This document shows, piece after piece, positions 21,000-31,815 of a DNA stretch of 64,000 nt. Each line of letters opens with the position of its first letter. Positions within the stretch are counted from its first letter, which is position 1. The stretch spans positions 28,874-92,873 of the forward strand of contig CANFOS010000011.1 of NCBI GenBank assembly GCA_947448735.1. Reading direction: 5' to 3'. This DNA is from Comamonadaceae bacterium. GTDB lineage: Bacteria; Pseudomonadota; Gammaproteobacteria; Burkholderiales; Burkholderiaceae_C. The notes beneath the pieces are model-generated. The model had not been told where the DNA came from. It ran no database searches and saw only the letters and a program-made list of their open reading frames with translations. The translations under genes and the position numbers were made by a program.

Positions 21000-21231
21000 A
21001 CAGTTGACCCCCGACTGCCTGGGCTTCGTTCAAGGCGTCTTGGCCCCGATATCCCATATGGGTGAGGGGTTTTTTGGCTTAAAAACACGCACAAAGTTCT
21101 TTGAAAACATTTTTTGCGCGATCTTGCAAAAAATAAATCTGTGTTGCTTAGTGTGCACTAACAAACTAGTCGACGCTCGCAATATAATTTCTGGTTACTA
21201 AGAATTTATAAAGAAATACATTTTAGATATA

Positions 21232-21253
21232 TTGCCAATTCTCAAATTGGCAA
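21232..21253. promoter_or_regulatory. Perfect inverted repeat, candidate operator
   Basis: TTGCCAATT-CTCA-AATTGGCAA in AT-rich intergenic DNA. Confidence 0.45.
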
Positions 21254-21338
21254 AACGGTCTTGTATAGAATCCAATCTGACATATCCTCACTTGCTCCAC
21301 AGATCACGCACAAGTTGTTCATGGCTATTAGTTAAAAT

Positions 21339-21347
21339 TGTGGATAA
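21339..21347 (-). promoter_or_regulatory. DnaA box
   Basis: TGTGGATAA, the reverse complement of TTATCCACA. Confidence 0.5.
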
Positions 21348-21472
21348 CCTGTTAATAAAATTCATGTTGCGGCACTGCAACGACAAAGATATGGGCATTG
21401 AGGGACTTCTCGTTCGGGTCTTTTTGCCTACAATGAAGGTCCAACATAGCAGTTGCCATAGATTGTTGGTTC

Positions 21473-21504
21473 AGGGCGCGTCGCAAACCGACGCGCCCTT
21501 TTTT
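21473..21504 (+). terminator. Intrinsic terminator hairpin upstream of lepA
   Basis: AGGGCGCGTCG-CAAAC-CGACGCGCCCT then a T run. Confidence 0.75.
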
Positions 21505-21569
21505 ATGTTTTATCGCGAATGGCAAGGCTACTGTTCGCAATACTTTCAAGCACTTAGGCGTTCTCGTTG

Positions 21570-23381
21570 ATGAATCACATCAGAAATTTTTCGATCATTG
21601 CTCACATTGATCATGGCAAGTCGACGCTCGCAGACCGTTTGATCCAGCGTTGCGGCGGACTACAGGACAGAGAGATGAGTGCACAGGTTCTTGATTCGAT
21701 GGACATCGAAAAAGAACGTGGGATAACCATCAAGGCGCAAACCGCCGCGCTCAAATACAAAGCGCTCGACGGTCAGATTTACAACCTCAACCTGATCGAC
21801 ACACCAGGCCATGTGGACTTCTCTTACGAAGTCAGTCGCTCGCTGTCTGCGTGTGAAGGTGCCTTGCTGGTGGTGGATGCATCCCAAGGTGTTGAAGCGC
21901 AGACGGTCGCCAACTGCTACACCGCGCTTGACCTGGGTGTTGAAGTGGTGCCCGTTTTAAACAAGATGGATTTACCGCAGGCCGACCCGGACAATGCGAA
22001 ACAGGAAATTGAAGAGGTCATCGGCATCGACGCGACGGATGCAATTGCATGCAGTGCAAAAACCGGCATGGGCATTGACGAGATTCTTGAGGCCGTTGTC
22101 GCCCGTATCCCGCCTCCGAAAGGCAACCCCGATGGCCCGCTGCGTGCCATGATCATTGACAGTTGGTACGACGCTTATGTGGGCGTGGTGATGCTTGTGC
22201 GCGTGGTCGATGGCCGGCTGGCCAAGGGCGACCGCATCAAGTTAATGGCCAGCGAGGCCACTTACAACGCCGAGCAGTTGGGCGTGTTTACACCGCACAA
22301 CGAGCCGCGTCCGGCTCTGGAGTCGGGCGAGGTGGGCTTTGTGATTGCCGGCATCAAAGAGCTGCAGGCGGCCCGTGTGGGTGACACCATCACACGCATC
22401 AAGCCCGGTACTGGGGGGCTGAGCGCGACAGCAACCGAGGCGCTGCCTGGTTTTAAGGAAATCCAGCCGGCCGTGTTTGCAGGTCTGTATCCATCAGAAG
22501 CCAGCGAATATGAGTCCTTGCGCGATGCCCTTGAAAAGCTCAAGCTGAACGACGCTTCGCTGCATTACGAGCCTGAGGTCAGTGAGGCGCTGGGCTTTGG
22601 CTTCAGGTGTGGATTTCTGGGCTTGCTGCACATGGAAATCGTCCAGGAACGTCTGGAGCGCGAGTTCGACCAGGACCTGATCACCACAGCACCGAGTGTG
22701 GTTTACGAGGTACTCAGGGCCGATGGCGAGATGATCATGGTTGAGAACCCATCGAAAATACCTGACGCCGGTCGTGTCAGTGAAATCAGGGAGCCCATCG
22801 TCACCGTGCATTTGTATATGCCGCAGGACTATGTGGGCGCGGTGATGACGCTGGCCAACCAGAAGCGCGGCGTGCAGCTCAATATGGCCTACCACGGCAA
22901 GCAGGTGATGCTGACCTACGAAATGCCGCTCGGCGAAATCGTGCTCGACTTTTTTGACAAGCTCAAATCCGTCTCGCGCGGCTACGCCTCCATGGACTAC
23001 ACCTTCAAGGAGTTCCGCGCATCTGATGTGGTGAAGGTCGACATTTTGTTAAACGGCGAAAAGGTCGACGCGCTGTCCATCATCGTGCACCGCAGCCAGT
23101 CGGCCTACCGGGGCCGCGCAGTCGTGGCCAAGATGCGCGAGATCATTTCGCGTCAGCAGTTTGACGTGGCCATCCAGGCGGCCATCGGCGCCAATATTAT
23201 TGCGCGTGAGACAATCAAGGCACTGCGGAAAAACGTCATTGCCAAGTGCTACGGCGGAGATATTTCACGCAAGCGCAAGCTTCTTGAAAAACAAAAAGCG
23301 GGTAAAAAACGCATGAAACAAATCGGATCGGTAGAAGTGCCCCAAGAGGCCTTCCTGGCCATATTGCAAGTGGAAGACTGA
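21570..23381 (+). CDS. lepA: Elongation factor 4 LepA
   Basis: [41 protein letters not shown]. Confidence 0.99.
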   Translation: MNHIRNFSIIAHIDHGKSTLADRLIQRCGGLQDREMSAQVLDSMDIEKERGITIKAQTAALKYKALDGQIYNLNLIDTPGHVDFSYEVSRSLSACEGALLVVDASQGVEAQTVANCYTALDLGVEVVPVLNKMDLPQADPDNAKQEIEEVIGIDATDAIACSAKTGMGIDEILEAVVARIPPPKGNPDGPLRAMIIDSWYDAYVGVVMLVRVVDGRLAKGDRIKLMASEATYNAEQLGVFTPHNEPRPALESGEVGFVIAGIKELQAARVGDTITRIKPGTGGLSATATEALPGFKEIQPAVFAGLYPSEASEYESLRDALEKLKLNDASLHYEPEVSEALGFGFRCGFLGLLHMEIVQERLEREFDQDLITTAPSVVYEVLRADGEMIMVENPSKIPDAGRVSEIREPIVTVHLYMPQDYVGAVMTLANQKRGVQLNMAYHGKQVMLTYEMPLGEIVLDFFDKLKSVSRGYASMDYTFKEFRASDVVKVDILLNGEKVDALSIIVHRSQSAYRGRAVVAKMREIISRQQFDVAIQAAIGANIIARETIKALRKNVIAKCYGGDISRKRKLLEKQKAGKKRMKQIGSVEVPQEAFLAILQVED

Positions 23382-24370
23382 TGAGCAACGCGATCACAAA
23401 AACCATGAGCGGCGTCACAGCTGTTGTTCTGGCTGCATTTGCTGGCTACGGCGCGGCGTGGTATTTCGGTATGGTGGATGGCAATTTTTCATTGCTGCTC
23501 TTTCTTGCAGCGGTGGTGACGGGTATTTACTGGGTGGCTGAACGCCTTTATTTTCTGCCCCAACGCTACAAAGACGTTGCGGCCCTGGACGAGGCAACCG
23601 CCAGACGCCGCGAGGAGCTTGGCAAGATGGGCATCACCAAAGTGGATACCGACACCAGTGACGCCAAAATTCGTCTCCTCATGCAGCCCTGGTGGCTCGA
23701 CTGGACGGCCGGGCTGTTCCCCGTCATCATCGTGGTCTTTTTGCTGCGCTCGTTTTTGTTCGAGCCTTTCAAAATCCCGTCTGGCTCCATGATCCCGACG
23801 CTGCTGGTCAATGACCTGATTCTGGTCAACAAATTCCATTACGGCGTCCGGCTTCCTGTCATTAACCAGAAGGTGCTGGACAACAACAGCCCGCAGCGCG
23901 GCGACGTGATGGTGTTTCGCTACCCGCCCAAGCCCAGCCTCGACTACATCAAGCGTGTGGTCGGCGTGCCGGGTGACGAGGTTGCTTATCTGAATAAAAA
24001 GCTGACGATCAATGGCAAACCCTTGAGCAAAACCGCCTTGCCTGATTTTTTTGATGAAGACAGCATGCGCTATTCAAAGCAGTTTGAAGAAGTGACGGGC
24101 ACGAAAAAATACCGCCTGCTCAATGACGATGACCGTCCCGCCTTCATCCCGGGAGCAGAGGACTTCCCCAACAAGCAAAATTGCCGCTACAGTAATGAGG
24201 GTGTCGTCTGCAAGGTTCCCGAAGGCCACTACTTCATGATGGGCGACAACCGCGACAACTCGCTGGATTCCCGTTATTGGGGTTTTGTGCCGGAAAAAAA
24301 CATTGTGGGCAGGGCATTTTTTGTATGGATGAACTTCGGCAACTTAAAGCGTATTGGCTCTTTTGATTGA
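23381..24370 (+). CDS. lepB: Signal peptidase I
   Basis: IPSGSMIPTL, DYIKRVVG, GDNRDNSLDSR. Confidence 0.98.
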   Translation: MSNAITKTMSGVTAVVLAAFAGYGAAWYFGMVDGNFSLLLFLAAVVTGIYWVAERLYFLPQRYKDVAALDEATARRREELGKMGITKVDTDTSDAKIRLLMQPWWLDWTAGLFPVIIVVFLLRSFLFEPFKIPSGSMIPTLLVNDLILVNKFHYGVRLPVINQKVLDNNSPQRGDVMVFRYPPKPSLDYIKRVVGVPGDEVAYLNKKLTINGKPLSKTALPDFFDEDSMRYSKQFEEVTGTKKYRLLNDDDRPAFIPGAEDFPNKQNCRYSNEGVVCKVPEGHYFMMGDNRDNSLDSRYWGFVPEKNIVGRAFFVWMNFGNLKRIGSFD

Positions 24371-24397
24371 TTCAATCGTCAAGGCCGACTGGAAAAA

Positions 24398-24751
24398 ATG
24401 TTGAAAAACCTCAAAAGCAAACAGCAGGGCGCCTCGTTGATCGGCATGTTGTTTGTTGGCGCTGTGCTGGTGTTCCTGGGCGTGATCGGTGCCCAGGTCG
24501 TCCCGACTTACACTGAATACCAAACCATTGGTAAGGCCGTCGAAAAAGCCAGGCAGTCGGGCTCTGTTGCAGAAGTGCGCAGTGTTTTTGACAAGGCGGC
24601 CCAGATTGACGACATCAAGTCCATCACCGGCAAGGACCTTGAGGTCTCCAAGGAAGGCGACAAAATCGTGATTTCCTTCGCCTACAGCAAAGAAATTCAC
24701 CTGGGCGGTCCCGCCTTTTTGCTGTTGAAGTACACGGGTCGTTCTAAATAA
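24398..24751 (+). CDS. DUF4845-type protein with pilin-like N-terminus
   Basis: QQGASLIGMLF; conserved position between lepB and rnc. Confidence 0.8.
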   Translation: MLKNLKSKQQGASLIGMLFVGAVLVFLGVIGAQVVPTYTEYQTIGKAVEKARQSGSVAEVRSVFDKAAQIDDIKSITGKDLEVSKEGDKIVISFAYSKEIHLGGPAFLLLKYTGRSK

Positions 24752-25447
24752 GTGCGTGCCAGTTCTGCATCAGACTTGAATTTGCTGGCGCTGCAAAAGC
24801 GGCTTGAGCACACGTTCGGCAATCCCAAGCTGCTGGTGCAGGCCCTGACGCATCGCAGCTTTTCGTCAGACCACAACGAGCGAATCGAATTTCTGGGTGA
24901 CTCGGTTTTGAACCTGGCCGTCGCAGGTCTGTTGTACGAGCGCCTCAAAGAACTGCCAGAAGGCGACTTGTCCCGTGCTCGCGCCAATCTGGTCAAGCAG
25001 GACACGCTGCACCAGATCGCCGTGTCGCTGGGCCTGCCAGAGTTGCTTCGTCTGGGCGAAGGCGAAGCCAAGTCTGGCGGGCAAAAACGGCCTTCGATAC
25101 TGGCCGATGCGCTGGAGGCCGTGATCGGCGCGGTGTACCTTGATGCCGGTTTTGAAGTCGCATCAAGTTTGGTGCGTCGCCTTTTTCAGAACGTTGAAAT
25201 CAACGCCCAAATGCAGGCAATTGGCAAAGACCCCAAGACTGAATTGCAAGAGTGGTTGCAAGGCCACAAGATGAGCCTACCGATCTACCGCATTGTGGGC
25301 ACCGAGGGCGCTGCGCACAAGCAGACCTTTGATGTCGAGTGTGAGATTATTGAATATCGCCGTGCAGAGCGTGGCACCGGAAACTCCCGCCGCGCAGGCG
25401 AGCAGGCCGCTGCGCTGGCCATGCTGGCATTTATAAAGACGCTATGA
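24752..25447 (+). CDS. rnc: Ribonuclease III
   Basis: [19 protein letters not shown], dsRBD. Confidence 0.98.
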   Translation: MRASSASDLNLLALQKRLEHTFGNPKLLVQALTHRSFSSDHNERIEFLGDSVLNLAVAGLLYERLKELPEGDLSRARANLVKQDTLHQIAVSLGLPELLRLGEGEAKSGGQKRPSILADALEAVIGAVYLDAGFEVASSLVRRLFQNVEINAQMQAIGKDPKTELQEWLQGHKMSLPIYRIVGTEGAAHKQTFDVECEIIEYRRAERGTGNSRRAGEQAAALAMLAFIKTL

Positions 25448-26469
25448 GCGATAAAAAATTGACACCTGACGAAGTTGCTGCCCAGGCTCAAGCGGCAGCC
25501 GTAGAGGCCATGATGGCCAAGGCGTTTTCAAAGCGTGCCAGTACTGCTCCGGCCAGCGACGTTGCGCTAACAGACACACCAGGCCTTGACACCCAGCGCT
25601 GCGGCCTGATTGCCATTGTCGGTAAGCCCAATGTGGGCAAATCGACCTTGCTCAATGCGCTGGTCGGACAAAAAGTCAGCATCACCTCTCGCAAAGCGCA
25701 AACCACGCGGCACCGTATCACTGGCATGCGCACCGTCGGCGTCACCCAGTTTGTATTTGTGGACACCCCCGGCTTTCAAACCCGGCATGGCAATGCGCTG
25801 AACCGCTCATTGAACCGCACCGTGGTGGGCACTGTCAACGATGTCGATCTGATTGTGTTTGTGGTGGAAGCTGGGCAGTTCAATCAGGCTGACGAAAAAG
25901 TGTTGAACCTGTTGCCACCGGGTACGCCTGCCATTTTGCTGGCCAACAAGTTTGACCTGATTCACCGCCGGGGCGACATTGCGCCTTGGTTGCAAATGAT
26001 GCAGACCAAGCGCGACTTTGCCGAGTTTGTACCCATGTCGGCCAACAGTGTGAAAGATGTAGAGCGCGTGTTCGGCATTTGTGAAAAATACTTGCCCCAA
26101 CAGCCCTGGATGTACGAGGCCGATGCACTGACCGACCGCAGCGACCGCTTCATGGCCGCCGAGATGATCCGGGAAAAGCTGTTTCGACTGACAGGTGATG
26201 AGCTGCCCTACACCTCGACCGTCATCATCGACAAGTACGAGCAAGAAGGCAACCTGCGCAAAATCGCCGCCACCATTGTGGTGGAACGTGACGGCCACAA
26301 GGGCATGATCATTGGCGACAAAGGCGAAAAGCTAAAGCGCATGGGTACCGAAGCGCGCCATGAGCTGGAAGCACTCACCGGCAACAAAGTTTTTCTGGAA
26401 ATTTGGGTCAAGGTCAGATCTGGCTGGGCTGACGACGAAGCCAGAGTCAAAACATTCGGGTATGAATAG
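25444..26469 (+). CDS. era: GTPase Era
   Basis: [22 protein letters not shown] domain. Confidence 0.98.
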   Translation: MSDKKLTPDEVAAQAQAAAVEAMMAKAFSKRASTAPASDVALTDTPGLDTQRCGLIAIVGKPNVGKSTLLNALVGQKVSITSRKAQTTRHRITGMRTVGVTQFVFVDTPGFQTRHGNALNRSLNRTVVGTVNDVDLIVFVVEAGQFNQADEKVLNLLPPGTPAILLANKFDLIHRRGDIAPWLQMMQTKRDFAEFVPMSANSVKDVERVFGICEKYLPQQPWMYEADALTDRSDRFMAAEMIREKLFRLTGDELPYTSTVIIDKYEQEGNLRKIAATIVVERDGHKGMIIGDKGEKLKRMGTEARHELEALTGNKVFLEIWVKVRSGWADDEARVKTFGYE

Positions 26470-26551
26470 CCCCCACGGTCGCTCACTGCGTGTAGCTTCC
26501 TGCCCCCCGAGGGGGCCGCTGCGCCTGCGGCCTGGCAAAGCCAGTTCCGCG
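26467..26551 (+). repeat. REP/MITE-like hairpin repeat, family 2, copy 1
   Basis: TAGCCCCCACGG...GCCCCCCGAGGGGGC...CTGGCAAAGCCAG...CCGCG; close match to 34781-34864 on the opposite strand. Confidence 0.85.
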
Positions 26552-26587
26552 GCCCCTGTTTGCATTTGACCTGTCTGCGCTTCAGCC

Positions 26588-27337
26588 GTGGTCACCAAAA
26601 GAATTTCCGATGAACCCGCTTACGTTCTGCACCGCTACGACTGGAGCGAGTCCAGTCTGATTCTGGAAGTCTTCACCCGTTCCTATGGCCGGGTGGCGCT
26701 GATTGCGCGGGGGGCTAAAAAACCCAGTTCTAACTTCAGGCCCATCTTGCTGCCGCTGCAGCCGCTGCATATCGCTTTTGGTGGTGATGCTGAAATCCGC
26801 AACCTCAAAAGCGCCGAATGGCAGGGCGGCCATGTGATGCCGACGGGTGATGCCCTGCTGTCGGGCTATTATTTGAATGAGCTGCTGATGCGCCTGCTGG
26901 CCCGCGACGATCCGCATCCAGTGCTGTTTGATGCCTATGCCGCCACCGTGCAGTTGCTGGCCAGCCAAAGCATTGACACGCTGCAAGTGGCGCTTCGGGC
27001 TTTTGAGCTGCGGCTGCTGCGTGACATTGGTTTTTTGCCCTTGCTCGATGCACAAACCTCGACTTTGGCGACGCTGGGTGCGGACACGCCTTACGTGTTG
27101 CTGGCCGAAGCCGGCTTGCGCGAAGCGCATGACGACGACCGCAGCGCCTTGAGCGGTGCGCAATGGCTGGCCCTGCAGCAGGCATTGGACGGTGACTCGC
27201 CCTTTGTAGACACCATGCACGCCTGCGTCAACCACTTGCCTGAGCTGAAAACCCAGCTGCGTGCGCTGCTGCACTACCATTGCGATGTCAAGGTGTTAAA
27301 AACCCGGCAGATGATGATGGACCTGCAGGCGCTTTAA
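26588..27337 (+). CDS. recO: DNA repair protein RecO
   Basis: [29 protein letters not shown]; follows era. Confidence 0.96.
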   Translation: MVTKRISDEPAYVLHRYDWSESSLILEVFTRSYGRVALIARGAKKPSSNFRPILLPLQPLHIAFGGDAEIRNLKSAEWQGGHVMPTGDALLSGYYLNELLMRLLARDDPHPVLFDAYAATVQLLASQSIDTLQVALRAFELRLLRDIGFLPLLDAQTSTLATLGADTPYVLLAEAGLREAHDDDRSALSGAQWLALQQALDGDSPFVDTMHACVNHLPELKTQLRALLHYHCDVKVLKTRQMMMDLQAL

Positions 27338-27340
27338 ATC

Positions 27341-28123
27341 ATGATTGCCAACACTTCAATGAAAACCGCACTCTCAGTCAACGTCAACAAGGTTGCCCTG
27401 CTGCGCAACACCCGCCAGCTCGGCATTCCTGATGTGGTGCGTGCGGCACGCCTGTGCCTGGAGGCGGGTGCCCAAGGCATCACGGTGCATCCTCGCCCTG
27501 ATGAGCGCCATATCCGCAGTGCCGATGTGTTTGGCATCGCCGCCATGATGAAAGACTGGCCAGACCGGGAATTCAACATTGAAGGCAACCCGTTCCATAA
27601 CCTGATGGGTTTTGTGCACGATTTGTCAGCACGCGGCTTGCCGCTGCACCAATGCACCTTTGTGCCGGACAGCGAAGACCAGTTCACCAGCGACCATGGC
27701 TGGGTGTTTCCTGATGATGCTGAGCGATTGATGCCTTTGATTGAAAAAGTCCATGCCAGAGGCGTTCGCGTCAGCTTGTTCATGGACCCTATCCCCAGCG
27801 CCATGGCGGCCGCCAAGGCGGCGGGCGCAGACCGGGTCGAGTTTTATACCGAAAGCTACGCCAGCGCCTGGGCCACAGACCAAAAAGGCGAGGCGTTAAA
27901 CCGTTTTACCCAATCAGCTCTGGCAGCTACAGCGGTTGGCTTAGGGCTCAACGCGGGTCACGACTTAAACCATGACAACCTCACTGAGTTTTTAAAGGCC
28001 GTGCCCGGCTTGCTTGAAGTGTCAATTGGCCATGCCTTGGTCGCTGATGCACTGGAGTTGGGTTACGACGCCACAGTCAAAGCCTATTTGCGCTGCATTG
28101 ATCAGGCGTTTGTCGGCAAATGA
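27341..28123 (+). CDS. pdxJ: Pyridoxine 5'-phosphate synthase
   Basis: [36 protein letters not shown]. Confidence 0.97.
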   Translation: MIANTSMKTALSVNVNKVALLRNTRQLGIPDVVRAARLCLEAGAQGITVHPRPDERHIRSADVFGIAAMMKDWPDREFNIEGNPFHNLMGFVHDLSARGLPLHQCTFVPDSEDQFTSDHGWVFPDDAERLMPLIEKVHARGVRVSLFMDPIPSAMAAAKAAGADRVEFYTESYASAWATDQKGEALNRFTQSALAATAVGLGLNAGHDLNHDNLTEFLKAVPGLLEVSIGHALVADALELGYDATVKAYLRCIDQAFVGK

Positions 28124-28515
28124 TTTATGGCATTGGTACTGATATTTGTGATGTGCGCCGCATCCGAGCGAGCGTCGAGCGCCATGGCGAACGCTTCGCC
28201 AAAAAAATCCTGAGCGATGGCGAGATGAAAACGTTCAGCGAGCGCAGCCTGCGCTGGCCAGACCGGGGCGTCAGTTATCTGGCCACCCGCTTTTCGGCCA
28301 AAGAAGCTTTCAGCAAAGCCATCGGTATGGGCATGCGCATGCCCATGACCTGGCGCAGCTGCGAAATTGCCAAAGAGGCCAGCGGCAAACCCTGCATCGT
28401 GCTGCATGGCGCACTCAAAGAGTGGTTTGACGCGCGCCGCTTGTCAGCGCATGTCAGCGTGACAGACGAAACCGACTACGCCGCCAGCTTTGTGGTCGTT
28501 GAACAGCGTCCTTGA
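28120..28515 (+). CDS. acpS: Holo-ACP synthase
   Basis: [17 protein letters not shown]. Confidence 0.97.
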   Translation: MIYGIGTDICDVRRIRASVERHGERFAKKILSDGEMKTFSERSLRWPDRGVSYLATRFSAKEAFSKAIGMGMRMPMTWRSCEIAKEASGKPCIVLHGALKEWFDARRLSAHVSVTDETDYAASFVVVEQRP

Positions 28516-28562
28516 AATCAGCCCAGGATGTTCAGGCCACCTTGACCCTAAAATAGGGCTGC

Positions 28563-28605
28563 AGGCCAATGAATATATGAATAAGAAGCTCCTGATTAAA
28601 TAGCA
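28563..28605 (-). repeat. 43-bp element, acpS-nagZ intergenic
   Basis: TGCTAT-TTAATCA-GGAGC-N20-GGCCT. Confidence 0.85.
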
Positions 28606-28620
28606 CCGAAGAAACCATCT

Positions 28621-29679
28621 ATGACTCAACACGCCCCTCTCATCATCGATATTGCCGGTGTCAGCCTGTCCAAAGACGACCGTCGCCGCCTGAAAAGCCC
28701 GCTGACAGGCGGCATCATCCTGTTCGCCCGCAATTGGGAAAATCGCACGCAACTGACCAGCCTGTGCGCAGCGATCAAAAGCATTCGCAAAGACTTGCTG
28801 ATTTGTGTGGACCATGAAGGCGGGCGGGTGCAGCGTTTTAAAACCGACGGCTTCACGCATGTGCCGCCAATGCGGGCGCTCGGTGAGCTGTGGATGAAAG
28901 ACCAGCTGGCGGCGACCAACGCCGCCACCGCTTGCGGCTACGTGTTGGCGGCTGAGCTGCGCAGTTGTGGGGTCGACTTCAGCTTCACGCCTGTGCTGGA
29001 CCTGGATTACGGTGAAAGCAGTGTGATTGGCGACCGCGCCTTTGGCCGCGACCCGCGCGTGGTCACGCTGCTGGCCAAAAGCCTGATGCATGGCTTGCTG
29101 CAAGCCGGCATGATGAACTGCGGCAAGCATTTTCCCGGTCACGGCTTTGTCAAAGCCGATTCGCATCTTGAAATTCCCGTCGACAAGCGCAGTCTGAAAG
29201 CTATTTTGCTGGATGACGCAGCGCCCTATGACTGGCTCAACACGACACTGACCAGCGTCATGCCGGCCCATGTGATTTACCCCAAGGTGGACAGTCGCCC
29301 GGCCGGATTTTCAGAGCAATGGCTGACGTATATTTTGCGCGGTCAGCTCGGCTTTGGCGGCGCTATTTTCAGCGACGACCTGAGCATGGCGGGCGCACGC
29401 ATCATTGATGGCAAGCAGGTGTCATACACGCAGGCAGCTGTCACAGCACTCAATGCTGGCTGCGACATGGTGCTGCTGTGCAACCAGTCGGTTGATGGTG
29501 GCAAGGCGGTGGATGAACTGTTGGACGGCATGACGGAAGCGCTGATGAAAGGCCACTGGGAAGCGCTCGAATCCAGCGAGCTGCGCAGACAAGAGTTACT
29601 GCCAACGACCAAAGCCCATGCCTGGGACGATCTGATGCTGCACCCGGCTTACATGCATGCGATGGGTTTGATCCCATGA
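28621..29679 (+). CDS. nagZ: Beta-N-acetylhexosaminidase NagZ (GH3)
   Basis: VDHEGGRVQRF, KHFPGHGFVKADSH, FSDDLSM. Confidence 0.97.
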   Translation: MTQHAPLIIDIAGVSLSKDDRRRLKSPLTGGIILFARNWENRTQLTSLCAAIKSIRKDLLICVDHEGGRVQRFKTDGFTHVPPMRALGELWMKDQLAATNAATACGYVLAAELRSCGVDFSFTPVLDLDYGESSVIGDRAFGRDPRVVTLLAKSLMHGLLQAGMMNCGKHFPGHGFVKADSHLEIPVDKRSLKAILLDDAAPYDWLNTTLTSVMPAHVIYPKVDSRPAGFSEQWLTYILRGQLGFGGAIFSDDLSMAGARIIDGKQVSYTQAAVTALNAGCDMVLLCNQSVDGGKAVDELLDGMTEALMKGHWEALESSELRRQELLPTTKAHAWDDLMLHPAYMHAMGLIP

Positions 29680-30617
29680 ACGTCGCGCTTCGCGCGATCA
29701 CTGTATGGCTTGCTGCTGCGGTGTGGTGCGGTGTGGCGTTGGCCCAAGCCGCTGCCACCCAGCCCCTTCGCGTCGGCTCCAAAATCGACACCGAAGGCAA
29801 GTTGCTCGGCCACATGATGGTGCTGGCGCTGGAGGCCAACGGCATCAAGACGCAAAGCAAAGTGTCGCTCGGTAACACGCAGGTCATGCGTGGCGCCATC
29901 ATGGCGGGCGAGATTGATATTTACCCCGAATACACAGGCAACGGCGCTTTCATTTTTGCTGAAGAAAAAAGCCCGGTGTGGAAGAATTTACAAACTGGCT
30001 ACGATCGCGTCAAGGCGCTGGACTATGCCAAAAACAAAATTGTCTGGCTGCAAGCCGCACCTGCCAACAACAGCTGGACGATTGCCGTGCGCAAAGATGT
30101 GGCTGCGGCCAACAAGCTGGTCACGCTTGGTGACTTGTCAAAGTGGTTGGCGTCTTCGCAATACAAGGCAGGCCAATTCAAGCTTGCCGCGTCGGCAGAG
30201 TTCGTTGAGCGTTCAGACGCTCTGCCTGCGTTTCAGGCGGCCTACAACTTCAAGCTCAAACCCGACCAGCTGTTAACGCTTGCAGGCGGCGACACGTCAG
30301 TGACGGTGCGTGCTGCCTATGAAAAAACATCCGGCGTGAACGCCGCGATGGCTTACGGTACCGATGGTGCTGTGGCTGCGCTGGGTTTGGTGATTCTGGA
30401 CGACACTTTGGGCGTGCAGCCGGTCTACGCGCCGGCGCCCATCATTCGGGAAGACGCACTCAAAAAGAACCCGAACATCGCCGAATCACTGGCGCCCGTT
30501 TTCAAGCTGCTGGACCGCCCGACATTGCAGAGCTTGAATGCAAAGATTCAGCTGGAAGGCCAGGACGCCAAAAAAGTAGCCGGGGATTTTTTGAAGTCCA
30601 AAGGGCTGTTGAAATAA
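29676..30617 (+). CDS. osmF: OsmF/YehZ-type ABC substrate-binding protein
   Basis: Signal peptide, VGSKIDTEG, IYPEYTG, QPVYAPAPIIR. Confidence 0.85.
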   Translation: MNVALRAITVWLAAAVWCGVALAQAAATQPLRVGSKIDTEGKLLGHMMVLALEANGIKTQSKVSLGNTQVMRGAIMAGEIDIYPEYTGNGAFIFAEEKSPVWKNLQTGYDRVKALDYAKNKIVWLQAAPANNSWTIAVRKDVAAANKLVTLGDLSKWLASSQYKAGQFKLAASAEFVERSDALPAFQAAYNFKLKPDQLLTLAGGDTSVTVRAAYEKTSGVNAAMAYGTDGAVAALGLVILDDTLGVQPVYAPAPIIREDALKKNPNIAESLAPVFKLLDRPTLQSLNAKIQLEGQDAKKVAGDFLKSKGLLK

Positions 30618-30627
30618 TCTGTCTGAC

Positions 30628-31815
30628 ATGACCACAGGCAAGCGCCGCAACCCAGTACTGGCGAGCTTGTCATGGCTGGCCGTGCTGGCCTTGTACAGCC
30701 TGCCGTTTTTACGGCTGGCACCCAACCGTCTGGTGTCGGGCCAACCGATTTATTTTTTCTCGATCGTTGACGGCTCAGTCTGGTTGTTGCTGCTGATGCT
30801 TGTTGCGCTGGTGGCGTTGACAGGCGTGACCCTGTTCAAGCCGCGCGCAGCATGGCTTTGGGCGGTTGTGACCATCGCTGTGCTTGCCATGCCCAGCTTG
30901 CTTTGGCAGGCGGCCAACCAGGCCAGTATCAGCCTGCAAGGCGAGTTGCCCACTTCGCTCATTGCACGCGTATCGCTCGGTAGCGCCTTCTGGGTGACGC
31001 TGGCGCTGCTGGGGTTGATGGTTAGCAGTGCCTTGCAGCAGTTGCGAGTTCATGTGTTTCAAGCCGCTGCGGTGCTTGCTGCATTGCTACTGGCGCTGGG
31101 CGGTTTGCTGGTCAGCGGCGCCTGCAACGACCTGTCCCTGGTCAAGGAATACGCCAATCGGGCCGACGGCTTTGGGGGCGTCGTGGGGCGGCACCTGCAA
31201 ATGGTGTTGCTGGCGCTGGCAGGCACGCTGGCCATCGGCTTGCCGCTGGGTTGGGCGGCGCATGTGCATGCCAAAGCGGGCAGGTTGCTGCTGCCCCTGC
31301 TCAACATCATTCAAACCATTCCGTCGATTGCGCTGTTTGGTTTGTTGATGGCACCGCTTGCACTGCTGGCGGCCAGCTTGCCAGCTTTGGGTCGCGCGGG
31401 CATCAGCGGCGTGGGCCTGGCGCCTGCGGTGATGGCCTTGACGCTGTATGGCCTGCTGCCGGTGGTGCGCGGCACGCTGGCTGGCTTGCAGCAGGTGTCT
31501 GGCGGCATGACGCAGGCCGCGTCTGCCCTGGGGCTGACGCATTTTCAGGCACTGGTTCATATCGAGCTGCCGCTGGCTTTGCCCGTGCTGCTGGGCGGCG
31601 TGCGTACAGCGGCGGTCAGCAGTGTCGGGCTGGCAGCCGTGACTGCGCTGATTGGTGCGGGCGGCTTGGGCAGTATTTTGTTTGAGGGGCTGTTTGCCAA
31701 TGCGGAGGACGTGGTGCTGTTGGGCGTGCTGCCCATCATTGCGCTGGGTGTGTTGGTGGATGCGCTTTTTAAGGTGTTGATGGGTTTGGCCAGGCGCAGG
31801 GTTCACCCATGGTGA
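30628..31815 (+). CDS. yehY: ABC permease (YehY-like)
   Basis: APNRLVSG, IIQTIPSIALFG, EAA-like loop, GAGGLG. Confidence 0.8.
   Translation: MTTGKRRNPVLASLSWLAVLALYSLPFLRLAPNRLVSGQPIYFFSIVDGSVWLLLLMLVALVALTGVTLFKPRAAWLWAVVTIAVLAMPSLLWQAANQASISLQGELPTSLIARVSLGSAFWVTLALLGLMVSSALQQLRVHVFQAAAVLAALLLALGGLLVSGACNDLSLVKEYANRADGFGGVVGRHLQMVLLALAGTLAIGLPLGWAAHVHAKAGRLLLPLLNIIQTIPSIALFGLLMAPLALLAASLPALGRAGISGVGLAPAVMALTLYGLLPVVRGTLAGLQQVSGGMTQAASALGLTHFQALVHIELPLALPVLLGGVRTAAVSSVGLAAVTALIGAGGLGSILFEGLFANAEDVVLLGVLPIIALGVLVDALFKVLMGLARRRVHPW

Noticed and set aside
21232-21570. ORFs of 65-112 aa in the degP-lepA gap
   Set aside because: Alternative starts, atypical composition and no motifs; one runs through a terminator.
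26865-26881. GCTAT-TATTTGA in recO
   Set aside because: Explained by the conserved GYYLNEL peptide; the right arm is missing.
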